Assembly (NCBI RefSeq): GCF_001194135.2 | Contig: NC_068997.1 | Location: 6,844,120-6,908,119, forward strand | Length of the DNA stretch: 64,000 nt | Source: Octopus bimaculoides | Taxonomy: Eukaryota | Direction of reading: 5' to 3' | In this document: positions 12,618 through 26,728 of the stretch, in pieces | Layout of the letters: each line of letters opens with the position of its first letter | Position numbering within the stretch: the stretch's first letter is position 1 | Translations under genes and position numbers: made by a program | Notes under the pieces: generated by a model | What the model saw: the letters and a program-made list of their open reading frames with translations, nothing else | What the model was told of the DNA's origin: nothing | Database searches by the model: none

Positions 12618-15600
12618 TAACAACCTAGAAAGAGAGAATGTGTGTATGTGTGTGTGTGGTTATGTGAGAAAGAGAGAATGTGAGTGTGTATGTATGTGAG
12701 AAAGAGAGAATGTAAGTGTGTATGTATGTGAGAAAGAGAGAATGTGTGTGTATGTGAGAAAGAGAGTATGTGTGTATGTGTGTGTGTGTTTTTCCATTTT
12801 TACTGTTTTTTTTAATGGTGTTGTAGTTTGTTATGCCCTTATATATTCTGTAACTTAGCAGGCTGACAAATAGATATTAATGAATTAAGTATCAGTCTGC
12901 TATAAGCATTGGATTTGATCTTATGACTAAAAGTCTTGAAAGCAGTGCCTCAGCATGGCCACACCCAATGATTGACGCTAATAAAAGAATGTCTTAAACT
13001 TCATATCCACAGGTGTTTGAGTATTTTGAGATTTACATAATTTAAAAGCAAAATATTTGCCAAAGTGTTACAATTTAATGATTTGAACACACTTCCACCA
13101 ATATTCAATGAAATGATTTAAGTGATAATTCCTCAAAATTGAAATTTTTCATTTTCAAAAACAGAAAACTTGAAATTCTTGGAGCTTCACAATAACTATT
13201 ATTGTTGTTATTGTTGAACCTCATTGAATAAAACCTGTAATACAATGCATTCCAGCCACAACACTACATTGTCTTTTATGTTCTGTCTTATTATGAGATG
13301 GTAAGCTGTGGTTGAAGGAAATTTAACTGCTATTTTCAGCAGATAAAGTGATCGTTTGGTATCCATTGATAAAAGGAGATTCAAATAAATCAATTTTGTT
13401 ATTAGAAGCCAGCTCCTACTTTTGTGTTTATTATTACATCACTCATAAGTCTGATTTAGATTCAACAACAGAGTCATTAATCATATGAAACTATTTGTGT
13501 GACATTAACAATCTCTGTTGGAATTTGGAATTTCTCTGGACCCAGTTCCTATGAGTTTCGTTTCCTTTAAATAGAAACAAAAAAAAGCAAAAAAATAAAT
13601 AAACAATTTGCTTGGTCTTACGTACGATTTACTATAGTTTAAATGGAAAAAGTTCCCTGGTGCCAGTGTTTGGTTCTTGTTTCAATAGAGATGGATTTGA
13701 GATAAATCTTGCTTTGGATAAGATGTTAGGTCTCTTACAGACAACTTCTGCAGTAAAACTGGCCCAAAACACANNNNNNNNNNTTGGACATTATCTTTTG
13801 TCTTTTTCTTCTACCATCATTAATTTGCTGGATCCCACATATTCTACATTCGCTTCTATTCTCCTATCACAACAGATATGTTTCCAATCTCACAAATTTT
13901 ATGCACAACATAATTTCCTTGAATTACACTTCAGAGAAACCCCAAACCCCTACGTTCTATTGAATTCCCTCTCCACTAACAGCCACCCCAACCTCACCCA
14001 GTTATATTGATCTGTCTGAGAACATGTAAAATAGAGAAGCAACAATTCGCCTCAAATTAAGTAACAAAGAAAAAAAGGAAATAATAAGAATAACAAAAAT
14101 CAATTTTTTTTTGTAAATTATGTAATATTTTGTCATATCCAAGTTTTAAAACTATTTTCTCAGTTACACAACAGTTTTTTTACTAAACTAGAAGGAAAGA
14201 ATGATTCTGAAAATTCTGATCTTAATGGAAATATTAAGGATATGTACTCGACAGTTGGATGCACTTCCTAATGTTGGGAGAAGAAAGAAAAGTAAACCTA
14301 GAGACACAAATTGCAATGGCTGCAGTTAATAACTTCAGCAAATTCCTTTCTTCAATACATTATTATATCTTTTCACATTTAATCAGCAGCTAACAATTAG
14401 GAAAATGGGAAAAAATGCAATAATAATAATAATAATATCTAACTATTTACTTTGGTGTGTTACACCACATCAAGTTTACCTCAAAAACTGAGAACACTTT
14501 ATATTCTAAACTTGCTAAGCCATATTTACCTGCTTTGTATGTATGTGTACACACACACACACACATACAAACACACACGCACACGCACACACACACACAC
14601 ACTGCTGTTCCTAAATCCTACACATCCAATGCTCAAACTTGTCTATCTTTCTCATTTATTGAAATAAACAATAATTTATTAATAATAAGGAAAGCCAGAA
14701 AAGCTAACCTTCACTGCCAGAAAAATCAAACCCGAACAACAGCCAGAAAATCAGGCCAAATACTGGTGCCAGTTAGGCCGAGGGCCTTCATTAGGCTGCA
14801 TTTTATGATTAGGAAGGGTAAATTTTTACAGAAAAGCCAAAAAGTAACTTTTAAAACATTAACAAAAAGAAGGGGAAAAATAAACTCAGAAAAGTTCATG
14901 TAACATTGCTTAACACAGAAGGACCTTATTTACAGTCTTTATCACAAAAAGCAGTAAGAAATATAGTGATTAAGGGCAGTCTTGGATTAATTTCAATGAA
15001 TATATTGGACATTTTTTTGGTTTGATTTCTTTCTTTTTTTGTTTTTGTTTTTTGCTTTTTTGTTTTCATTAGACTTGTATATTCCAGTTTGTCTGTCAGT
15101 CTGTTGGCATGTTTCACAGCCAACCAAACTATTTTTCAAGGTGTTCTTCCTTCTATTCCAGATCACCGTAGTCTTTCAACTACTTTTAAGATTTATTTAT
15201 CAAGAAATGCAAACATTTGGTGATAGTTGACTGATCAATCATGCAATCGTTTCAATCATTCAGTTTGGTTATTTCCAAACGATTCATACAAGACATCATC
15301 CTCACCCAGCCTCACCAGTTCTTACTAAACCAAGTGCTGTAATTCAACTTGATGACATCAATTTTTCTTCAAATTTTCCTTTGTTTTCCTTTTCTGCTTC
15401 ATTTTCTTTGTTTTATTCCAATAGAAGAACTCTTTTGGAATAAATTAAAGAGTAAATAATATTTATAAAGTCAACCATTTTTAATGGAAAATGAACCAAA
15501 GTGAATTTTGCTATTTTGTTTTCAGGGCCAGAAGGCAAAGATGGAAGTCTGTGTTAAAAAATTTCCATACAATGTATAACAAAAGGGAGCTGTCAGTGTA

Positions 15601-16070
15601 TGACTGCAGCTAGTATCAATGCCATAGTTCTGAAAAGAAGGGCATTTAAAACCAATCAGCTTATTAATGTACCAACATTTCAGATTGATCTCTTGTACAC
15701 TTTTTTCCTCCTTGTGTTAATATGTCTGCTCGTGTAGGGAAACAGCTATTTGTCAGGGCTTCTATATCCACAGTCTCCACCTAAAATCATCACATTCTAC
15801 CAACGAAACGAGCTGACAAAAGACTGATCTATAGTCATTGTCCCCCAGAGATCTGTTTAGCAATTGTGCAAAGAAGAAGAGCACAACCACAGAAAAATCT
15901 ACTGCATCAGATGAAGTGTAATGGTAGCAGCAGCAGCAGCAGAAGCATCAGTCGTTGTGATTTATAACAACAGCAGGAGGAAGAAAAGGAAGAGAAGAAA
16001 GAACAGAGAGAAGAAGAGGCATTGATCCACAGGAATTAGTAGAGACAATTGTCATTCAGTTTAGCTGGTG

Positions 16071-16145
16071 TCACGATTCTCCCATGTAACATTTCTTGTG
16101 CGCTGTTAATCGTGCCGTTACAGCCAGCAGTTTCTTCAGTTCCGG
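16071..16145 (-). CDS. RASA1: RASA1 last coding exon 24
   Basis: PELKKLLAVTARLTAHKKCYMGES*; acceptor tacctttcAG. Confidence 0.92.
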   Translation of the reverse strand, partial: PELKKLLAVTARLTAHKKCYMGES

Positions 16146-17718
16146 CTGAAAGGTAAAAATTAATTGAACGTTAATACCCAGGCCCAAAGCGGGGGATTTT
16201 TTTTATCTCTGACATATCATAAAAATAGTTGCAATGAAATAAGACCAGAATCAACAAGAGAGCTTTTACACAGTGACTGAAGAAGTTTTACATGGAACAA
16301 ACTTGATTTGTTCAATGTAAAACTCAAACAACAAAATACTGTCCCAAACATTAGATAGAATGATGTGACTCCAACCACAACAACAACATAATGAGATCAG
16401 TTCTAAGTTCGAATTCAATGTAAAAACAGAATTTGCTTGACAAACAAACTACAAATTCAGATTTTATAAGTATTACAAACATTAATAATTTATTATTTTC
16501 TTATAAGATTTCTTCACTGCTAACAAAGTCAAAATACCTATCAACACCTTCGTATCAAATAGAGACCAATGTTTATGACAAAGAGCTACAATACTCACAA
16601 TATTTAATTGAATATCACAATTTCTTTTTTTTTTTTTTGGCCCCTAGTTACAAATACTTCCCATAATTCACTTGCAACAGTTTTCACCCTTTCTGTCTGC
16701 TATCACCAATATCACTTCAACATCTTCATCGCTCACTTATATCACTCTATGCCTCTTCCACCCCCCCCCCACCTTCATCCAATGTTTGTATTTGGTTTAA
16801 ATCTTATTTCTTAGTTGTTGTTGTTGTTGTTTTTCAGTATTAAAAGGAATAAATAAAGAGCAGAGATAACAAAATGACGTTTAATGAAATAAAGAATATG
16901 TGGAGTTGTTATTACCTTTGTTTCAGAAGCCAATTTGATCTCTGCTACGTGACTAGCACAAAGTGTGTGTATTGTTGCCATATCTCGAGCAAGATCTCCT
17001 GGTGTTTCTTGGTTTGTTTTTGGACATTCTGGAACATTCTGTAATAAAATCATTTATAGATATCTATCAATTAGACGGTTGATTGTATAAATGGCATCAA
17101 TATTACCAAATGTAGAATATTTCAATGGTTGGTTGTTATAAAAGATAATGGCTGAAATAATCACATGGTCAAAACTAAGAATGCAAGATAAAATCTGAAA
17201 TATCAATTGACTCTCAGTAACAGTGGATATTATTAATTCAGGAGTATTTCTTCTCTCCAAATTCTGTCACATCTCAACGAATCAAATTAAAGTGTAAGAC
17301 AGCAGCAGCAGAAGCAGTCACCGTCATCATTACCGTCATCCATTTGTTTTGTACGTTTGCATAGGGCTGAATGGAGACTTCCCTCCAATGCAGCATCACA
17401 AAGCATCTGTTATAGTCCTTTGTGAGATTCAACCTCTTGACATTGGCCTTTGCCACATCTTCCCATGTCGTCGTCATCGTTTAACGTCTGCTTTCCATGC
17501 TAGCATGGGTTGGACGATTTGACTGAGGACTGGTGAAACCAGATGGCTACACCAGGCTCCAATCTGATTTGGCAGAGTTTCTACAGCTGGATGCCCTTCC
17601 TAATGCCAGCCACTCAGAGAGTGTAGTGGGTGCTTTTACGTGTCACCCGCACGAAGTCCAGTCAGGCGGTACTGGCAACGGCCATGCTCAAAATGATGCA
17701 TTTCATGTGCCACCCGCA

Positions 17719-17752
<34 letters not shown>

Positions 17753-20700
17753 TCTAAAACAGTTTCTTCCTTTCATTTCGATTATTTAACACTGCTCTAC
17801 CCATCACTCATCCTCCATAACTATTACATGTTCCCAGCAGTTTAGTCTACTCTCTTGTGAAGGTGCATGGCTCAGTAGTTAGAGCATCAGGCTCACAATC
17901 ATGAGGTAGTGAGTTCAATTCCCAGACCAGGCTGTGTGATGCGTTCTTGAACAAGACACTTTATTTCATGTCATTCCAGTTCACTCATCTGTAGAAATGA
18001 GTTGCAATGTCACTGGTGCCACGCTGTATTGGCCTTTGCCTTTCTCTTGAATAACTGCTGGTCTTTCATAAACAGCCTTGCCCAGACTTGTGCCTCAGAG
18101 GGTAACTTTCTAGGTGCAATCCCATGGTCATGGTTGGCATTAGGAAGGGCATCCAGCCATAAGACCCATGCCAAAGCAGACAGTAGAGCTTGGTGCAGTC
18201 CTCTGGCTTGCCAGTTCCTGCTAAGCCATGGAAGACATACATTAAATGATGATGATGGAATTATAATAATTACAATATGACCATGAAGCTATCATGATTA
18301 AACAGTAAACATGTAATATATACTTCAATGAAGAGTTCCATTTCAGACATTCTACAGAAAATAATTGTTTCAGTTTTAACTTGCAACTCACCGATAAAGT
18401 ATCCAAAAAAGTTATCATCCGTTCTTTGTTCATTTTAATAAATGGATTCACTACCTTCATATAAGGTTCCTGGAAGAACACAAAACAACATTTATTGAAT
18501 TTCCAACATATACTCATTGGAATGGAATGCAAAAAGCATCGTGTACCACTGACATAAATATTACTAATTCCTATTACCTTACTATTTCACATGTAATAAT
18601 AATTTCAGAAATAAAGTTTTACATATTTTTGAATGGATACAAAAAAAGGAGAACATATTAATAAATTAATTTCAAACTTACCTTAGCACCAAATTCAACT
18701 AAATTTGCTAAGTTCTGTAATGATTTGGCAACAAGCTTCAAGGAACGGATTGCCATTTCAGTTGGTGTTTCTGTAAAAGAAATTATTAAAGCATTTAATG
18801 TACTCCAAATGTTGACTGTTTGTAATGAGCATTTGTCGGAAAAAGGTTTTTTAAGGTGAATTACAACAGCAATATTTGTAATCTTGTTTCTCAGTTACTA
18901 TAATTCTTGTTTTGTGTTATAATGTATTACACATGCTTTGTTGTTTTATTGTTTTTTGTGTCTGTTCTCTCCAAAGATGTTCCTGTTTTTGTAACACTAG
19001 ACAGAGTTTGACATTGCAGAAGAATTACTGCTGCCGATCTAGTTTATGGTGAATGATGACTTATGCACCAAATGTAAGCTATGGACACAGAAGAGATGCA
19101 GTGGAATCACAGGTAGATTAACAGGTAAGGTCACCTTTGTGTGAGGCAGATGTGCAGAAACAATAAGCACTAAAAGCACATGGGACTTAGACTATCTCAA
19201 ATGTCCAGTGGATAGTTTCTGTTATCTAGGCAACCGAACTAGCAACGAGGGTGGATGCTCTGAAAGTACTATTTCTAGAATACAAATAGGATGGAGACAG
19301 TTCAGAGAGCTGCTGCTTCTGTTGACTCGAGAGAGAAATGAAGGGAATATGCTCTGCTGGATGAGCAGCGACAACATGCATGAATGACAAAGTGCAAATG
19401 CATTGAGAGAAAAGCTGGGCAAAAGAGAAATCAAATGCAGCATGCAAGAGAGGAGACTACGTTGGTTTGGACATGTGATGCATATAGATGAGGACGACTG
19501 CATAAAGAAGTGCTGGTCACTGAAAGTGAGTGGCACCAGTGGAAAAGAAAGACCCAGGAAGTGCCACGTAAAAAGCACTAAGTCCATTCTGCTGAATGGT
19601 TGGCGTTAGGAAGGGCATCCAGCCATAAAAACTATGCCAAAACACTCAGAAGCATGGTGCAGGCTCCTGCCTGGCCAGCTCCTATCAAACTGTCTAACCC
19701 ATGCCAGCATGGAAGGAGGACATTAAACAATGATGACGATGGTGATGATGATGATAATAATTATGAGAAAATAAAATATAACCAACCTGATATTAAATTG
19801 AAAGACTTTGGATTTAGAATTGCTGGACACAATAACCGCAAAAAAATGAATCCACTGAAAATAAAAATAGGACAAACAGTTTTGATGAACAATAATGAAA
19901 GCTTCATAACAGAATAAAATTCAGGAAAGCATCAGGTTAAAGTTTCAATTCTCAACCTCCTAATTGAGTCAATTTTGAAAACAGTATCAACAGAAAGAAG
20001 CCCATATTAGTCTAGAGAGGGATGACACAGAATACAATTGAGATTTCAATGGGACATGAAACTTAAAATTTCTAATGAAACGCAGAAGGTTAACATGGTT
20101 CCACACAAAAGGCTTTGATTGTGTAAAATGTTTGTGAAGGGTGTTTCTTTTTCTTATTTTTATCTTTTAACATGTATAAGGGTGCTAAAATATGTAATGT
20201 CAGGATCAAGTGTGAGTAATCCTAGTTTTTGAGGAAGGAATTCAAAACTGGATATACAAGGCAGTTTATGTGAACCAATAACCTAAATCTTTAAAAAGTT
20301 GTCAAAAAATGCAAATAATTTGACCTTAGTCAAAATGTATTCAGTAAAAACTGAGAAGACTAAAATACTTGAAGGCAGCGTGAGTTAGAAAAAGCCATAA
20401 AGTGTAAGGGTAGTAATTTTCTGTGTTATGTGAAGGGAGGTGAGGACCAAAAAGAGTCAAATGCAAAAGTTCTTTAGAAATGATCTTTGGAAGAGCACGA
20501 TCAAGCATAAACTGTTTGTTAGAAAGAATATTTAATATTTGTGAAATCCAACCCATGCCAGCATGGAAAACAGATGTTGAATGATGATGATGGTGATCAT
20601 CATCATCATCGTTTAACGTCCGCTTTCCATGCTAGCATGGGTTGGACGACTTGACTGAGGACTGGTGAAACCGGATGGCAACACCAGGCTCCAATCTAAA

Positions 20701-23700
20701 TTTGGCAGAGTTTCTACAGCTGGATGCCCTTCCTAACGCCAACTACTCAGAGAGTGTAGTAGGTGCTTTTACGTGTCACCCGCACGAAGGCCAGTCAGGC
20801 TGTACTGGCAACGGCCACGCTCAAAATGGTGTCTTTTATGTGCCACCCACACAAGCCAGTCCAGGGGCACTGGCAACGATCTCGCTCGAAAATCCTACGG
20901 AGGCCAAGTGCCACCCGCACAAGAGCCAGTCCAGGGGCACTGGCAACGATCTCACTTGGCTTGCCAGGTCTTCTCACGCACAGCACGATATTAAATATTC
21001 AGAATATGGTCATTACTGCCAGCAAAGGATGCTGGCTACACTACAGTTTTCTCAATCTTGACACTTATGCAGTAGAAATTCACATAAGCAATATAGTATG
21101 TTGAAAAACTTCAATTAAGGTTATCCATGCAATTAGTAGAGAAAATTAGTAGGAAAATTTATAATCATTAAAAAAAAAAAAAGCATCGAAAATAACTCCA
21201 TTAAAATGAAAATAGCTTTGGAGAATACAGAAAACGAAGTATGAGATTCAAGCTAGTCTTTGAAGGTGACTAGTGAAAGCAATGGCCATCCATGATTTGG
21301 TCTTAATGAATCCACTAAGAAAGGCACGTTTCATTCAGTCTGAAAGACTAAGTGTACTGAGTAGTATACATTCAGGTGTGGCTGTGTGGGTAAGAAGAGT
21401 TGCTTTCCGACGACATGGTTTTGGGTTCAGTCCCACTGCATGGCACCTTAGGTCTTCTCCTGAAGCCCTGAGACAAACAAAGGCACGTGAGTAGATTTGG
21501 TAGATGGAAACTGAAAGAAGCCCATCATGTGGGAAAGTTTCTATGACTGGTGTTACCTTTTGTCAATAAAGCTAACAGTTAAGTTGTGAAAAGCACTTCA
21601 TTATTTTTGTCGAAAATGTTTCTAGAGCTTATAAGAAACTCTTCTAATAAATCTAAGTTGGTAATTATGTCTTCTATAATGTCAGGATAAACCTGTTTTC
21701 TTAGTTGATAACCATATTCTTAAAGATACAAACATTTAGATTCTGAACCTGATAATGTCATTTTATTTTGGCGAGGTGGAGAATTTCTTGTTCTTAGAAA
21801 GCCTTCAAGACAGGAATAATTCAGGAAAAGAATTTAATTTCCAAATATGTTAGCAATGGTTTATGGAAAAATTTCCAAGTGGTCCAAGTTTCTTTGCTAT
21901 GAAGGAGAAGAAGAGGGAAGACCTGATATCACACAATTAACTTAATTAACTTTGTGAACAGTTTGCTATTATCATTTGTTGTCGTTGTTGTGAGGTGGGA
22001 GGGAGGGGGGATACAACAACACTAGTTACCTCCAGCCATACCATTTCTACCATGCTTGATGGAGCAAGGGTAAATAAGAAAATGTAATTTTCCTGGTGTA
22101 CAATAAGCCACGAACCCAGAAATAAAACCAATCCTTGTGCTTCTAATGAGCTGACACTCAAAAGAAGATACTGTAGTTTGAAAATTAAATAAACAGTTCA
22201 TTAACGACTGAATAATTAACAAGAAATATCTTTTTGTGCTTACCTAACAACTCGTGTACGTACACTTTCATCATCGGGCCACTTGTTTTTGGCACTTCTC
22301 TGTAAACAATAGCATATGTGGCGTAACATTCTATAAGAGAAACAGAACGTTTTATTCCATCTTTGCACAATAAACAACAACACCTTTCTTGTTTTAAAGA
22401 AAAGCAAATATCAAATCATTAAAGTCCTGTAAATACCATTTTAAATATTTATTTCTATTTAGTAATGTTACTAAGTTGAAGCAATAAGGCAACAACAACA
22501 ACAACAACTATAGAATGATAGTCGGTTACCAGTTTATTCCTTCAACAACTGACCAATATTCTTTTGGTTTCATAAAAATGGGTGGTGGACAAAAATTGAA
22601 ATAATCAACAACGAAACGGAATTCAAACAAGCTACAGATTAAAACATTTTAAAAAACTTAAATTACTATTTTTATAATGAATATACAAAAACTTTTTTTA
22701 AAAACCTAGCAATTTTTGGTTCAAAACAAGTAATTCCTGGTTCAGTTTAAAACTATGGCTAACATGATTCATAGATGCTTTTAATCCATTTTGTTGCAAG
22801 AATTTAGAACAAATCTCCAATCTCAGAATACTTCTATTGATGGACCCCCCTCCCTCCCTCCTACTGCAATAACTCATTATCTCCTCCTCTTCCTCTCCTA
22901 ATTCTCAGTACCTCTACTAGTGTCATTGGTACTCTCCTTCCACTGACTAATATTATTACTTACGAAGATGCATGGCTTAGAGGTTAGGGTATTTGGCTTG
23001 CAATCATGAGTTCAACTCCCAGCAGCACATTGTGTCCTTGAGCAAGACACTTTATTTCACATTTGTCCACTCAGCTGGCAAAAATGAGTCATACCAGTAA
23101 TACAAAGGGGGCCAGCCTTGTCACACTCTATTTCACACTGAATCTCCCTGAGAACTACATTAAGGCTATGCATGTCTGTGGAGTACTCAGCCACTTGCAT
23201 GTTAATTTCACAAGTTGACTGTTCCATTGGTCATCTAGAACACTTGTTGCAACTGACCAAATGGCAGTTACTACTGTCACTTATTTTCAGTGAAATAAGG
23301 GTTCTTCTGATCAAGCATGGTTACAGTGATAGGGAGTTTGTGCTTTGCAACCATGGGTCCCACATCCAATCCCACATGGGCCAGGGATTTTCATCCTCAA
23401 ATCAGATTGACTAAAGCCTGGTAAAGGAATTCTGGAGGACAAAATGGATAAAAGACTGTGGTGTGTGTGCGTGAGTATACCTATCACTGATTTACTGCAG
23501 GGAAAGTACACAGTGACAAGAAAAATGTCAAACCATAGCTTTCAAACAAAAATGCCTTGTGGTATTTAATCTGTCCAAGTTGCACAGATACTCCCCTGTC
23601 ACACTCACTAAATGCAGTGAGCTAATGACTGACCTATTGGGGATCCAGTCATAATGCTGCTGTTCATAAATACAGAAAATAAAACAAAAGTAAATATTTA

Positions 23701-24073
23701 ATCCATCTATTCAGAAGCCAGATTTGGTTATTTAAGAATCACAACAATAAAAAAATAAATAAATAAATAAAAATAACACCACAAAAACGAACAAAATTAA
23801 TTCGTTCAAATAAAACTGTATGTTATTAAAATATTTTAATAATAATAATAATAATAATAATCCTTTCTACTACAGGACAGTAATTTTGCAGGAGGGGGTT
23901 AAGCGGATTAGATCCCCCCCCCCCAGTGCATAACTGGTACTTATTTCATCAACCCTGGAAGGATGAAAGGCAAAGTCAACCTCAGTGGAATTTGAACTCA
24001 AAATGTAAAGATGGATGAAATGTTGCTTAGCATTCTGTCTGGCTTTTGCTAACAATTCCAGCAGCACACCACC

Positions 24074-24110
<37 letters not shown>

Positions 24111-24355
24111 TGCCTTTGCACAGCTTCTAACGCTGGAGATGTACTACAGTGTCAGCTGTTCACAACCATTGAACTAAGGTAACACCCCTTATTTTTCGAG
24201 CACCTTCCGGAGTATTCGAGCGATTCCAAGCAGTGCTGTTTTCTGCAAGTGCTCCACCCTTATTGTAGCCCTTATTTGTTTCATGTACTTCTCAAGATCT
24301 TTGCTCACTGTTCCCAGGGCTCTGACAATTATTGGTACTACTGCTACCGTTTATG

Positions 24356-24388
<33 letters not shown>

Positions 24389-24525
24389 TTATGTTTGACT
24401 TTTGTTTTGCATTTGTACANNNNNNNNNNAAATTATGTGTTTGCTTTAAAATTTGAGATCACATAGACAGTATTTTACGTAGGATATGGGCAGTTCCCAT
24501 GAGCACTATCTTTTGAACTTCAGCC

Positions 24526-24591
<66 letters not shown>

Positions 24592-25842
24592 CATCATCAT
24601 CATCATCATTGATAATAATAATAAAACTAACGATGACAAGATTTTCTCATATATATGCATGAGACTTCAAATCTCATGAAAGGGAAGAGAAAAGGAAATG
24701 TGATCATCTCTTCTTCGGGGTCTTAGTTATCGAGAGGAACTGGTTTCAAAGCAAACTGTGAATTAGTTCCCTCAATAAACTACTGTCATAGCACAGCACC
24801 CGCCACAATGAAAATCATGTGTGGATAGTATTACAATCCTAACAGCCAAATTAATAATTGCTTAGACAGGAACAAGAGCAAAGATTGGACAATGGGGAAA
24901 GAATTTGGATTAACCCTGAATACATGGTTTATTTTATTAACCTCAGTTTGTTGAACTACTAACTCAACCCACACTCAGTAAATCAGAGGGGCAGAACCAG
25001 ATATTACTTGACAGCATTCAGGTTGTTAATCTATTTGTGACATTCAACCACAATAATACAACAACAACAACAACAATACTTTTTTTTTTAGTGGAAGACA
25101 TAGTCTAGTGTGGTTAATCGAGCACAATATATATATATTACTTGCACGTATTTTTATCACCCCAAATGAATGAAAGCAAGATCAAAGTTGGTAGGATTTG
25201 AACACAGAATGTAAAGGGACGTGACTAAATACTGCAAGGCATTTCGTACGTGGCTCTACTGTTTCTGTCAAACCACCACCGTAGCTTTATTATTATTACT
25301 TTTTTTCTCTTTTCAAATAATGTCATTTGGGTTCCTCTAGTCATTATGTAAAAATGGTCATAATGATAATGCTAAAAATTAAGACAGAGATGGAATCTAA
25401 AAACAAGTTATAACAGAGATTATTTTCTGAAATGACCACCCATCCTTCCCACAGGAAAACAATACTAGAAATCCTTACAGTGGACAGTATTCAGTGGAGT
25501 TGAAAATATCATCAACAGCCCCATTAAGTAAGATCAGGAAGTGTTCCACATTGCCTTCTAGCTCTGCACAGTTCTCCATTCGAGCAGGGTCAAGCTAGCA
25601 AGAACGACAGAAAGAAAGCCTCATTGAGAAAAACAATTTAAATAATCACCATTTGAGGTAGAAAGTTCAATGATAATGTATTCAGACTATTTTGTATTTT
25701 TTTTTACATCAATTTCAGAGGGTTTTTTTATTTTTTCAATTGACAACAAAAGAATAATCATTAAACATACAAACGTATGTGTGAATAAGTCTATGATAGT
25801 GTATATGTAAGTGCACATATACATACATACATACATACACAC

Positions 25843-25898
<56 letters not shown>

Positions 25899-26681
25899 NN
25901 NNNNNNNNNNNNNNNNNNNNNNNNNNNNNNNNNNNNNNNNNNNNNNNNNNNNNNNNNNNNNNNNNNNNNNNNNNNNNNNNNNNNNNNNNNNNNNNNNNNN
26001 NNNNNNNNNNNNNNNNNNNNNNNNNNNNNNNNNNNNNNNNNNNNNNNNNNNNNNNNNNNNNNNNNNNNNNNNNNNNNNNNNNNNNNNNNNNNNNNNNNNN
26101 NNNNNNNNNNNNNNNNNNNNNNNNNNNNNNNNNNNNNNNNNNNNNNNNNNNNNNNNNNNNNNNNNNNNNNNNNNNNNNNNNNNNNNNNNNNNNNNNNNNN
26201 NNNNNNNNNNNNNNNNNNNNNNNNNNNNNNNNNNNNNNNNNNNNNNNNNNNNNNNNNNNNNNNNNNNNNNNNNNNNNNNNNNNNNNNNNNNNNNNNNNNN
26301 NNNNNNNNNNNNNNNNNNNNNNNNNNNNNNNNNNNNNNNNNNNNNNNNNNNNNNNNNNNNNNNNNNNNNNNNNNNNNNNNNNNNNNNNNNNNNNNNNNNN
26401 NNNNNNNNNNNNNNNNNNNNNNNNNNNNNNNNNNNNNNNNNNNNNNNNNNNNNNNNNNNNNNNNNNNNNNNNNNNNNNNNNNNNNNNNNNNNNNNNNNNN
26501 NNNNNNNNNNNNNNNNNNNNNNNNNNNNNNNNNNNNNNNNNNNNNNNNNNNNNNNNNNNNNNNNNNNNNNNNNNNNNNNTATGACTACCAAAGTAATACC
26601 TGATAATAGTAGTCATTTAAATATATTTTTGTTTCTCACCAAAGATGCTTGCTTGATACCAGCTTGAGATTTGAAATATAC

Positions 26682-26728
<47 letters not shown>

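Noticed and set aside
15526-15557. Plus-strand acceptor followed by collagen-like GPEGKDGSLC*
   Set aside because: Only three triplets, no partner exons, and it lies in the likely RASA1 3' UTR.
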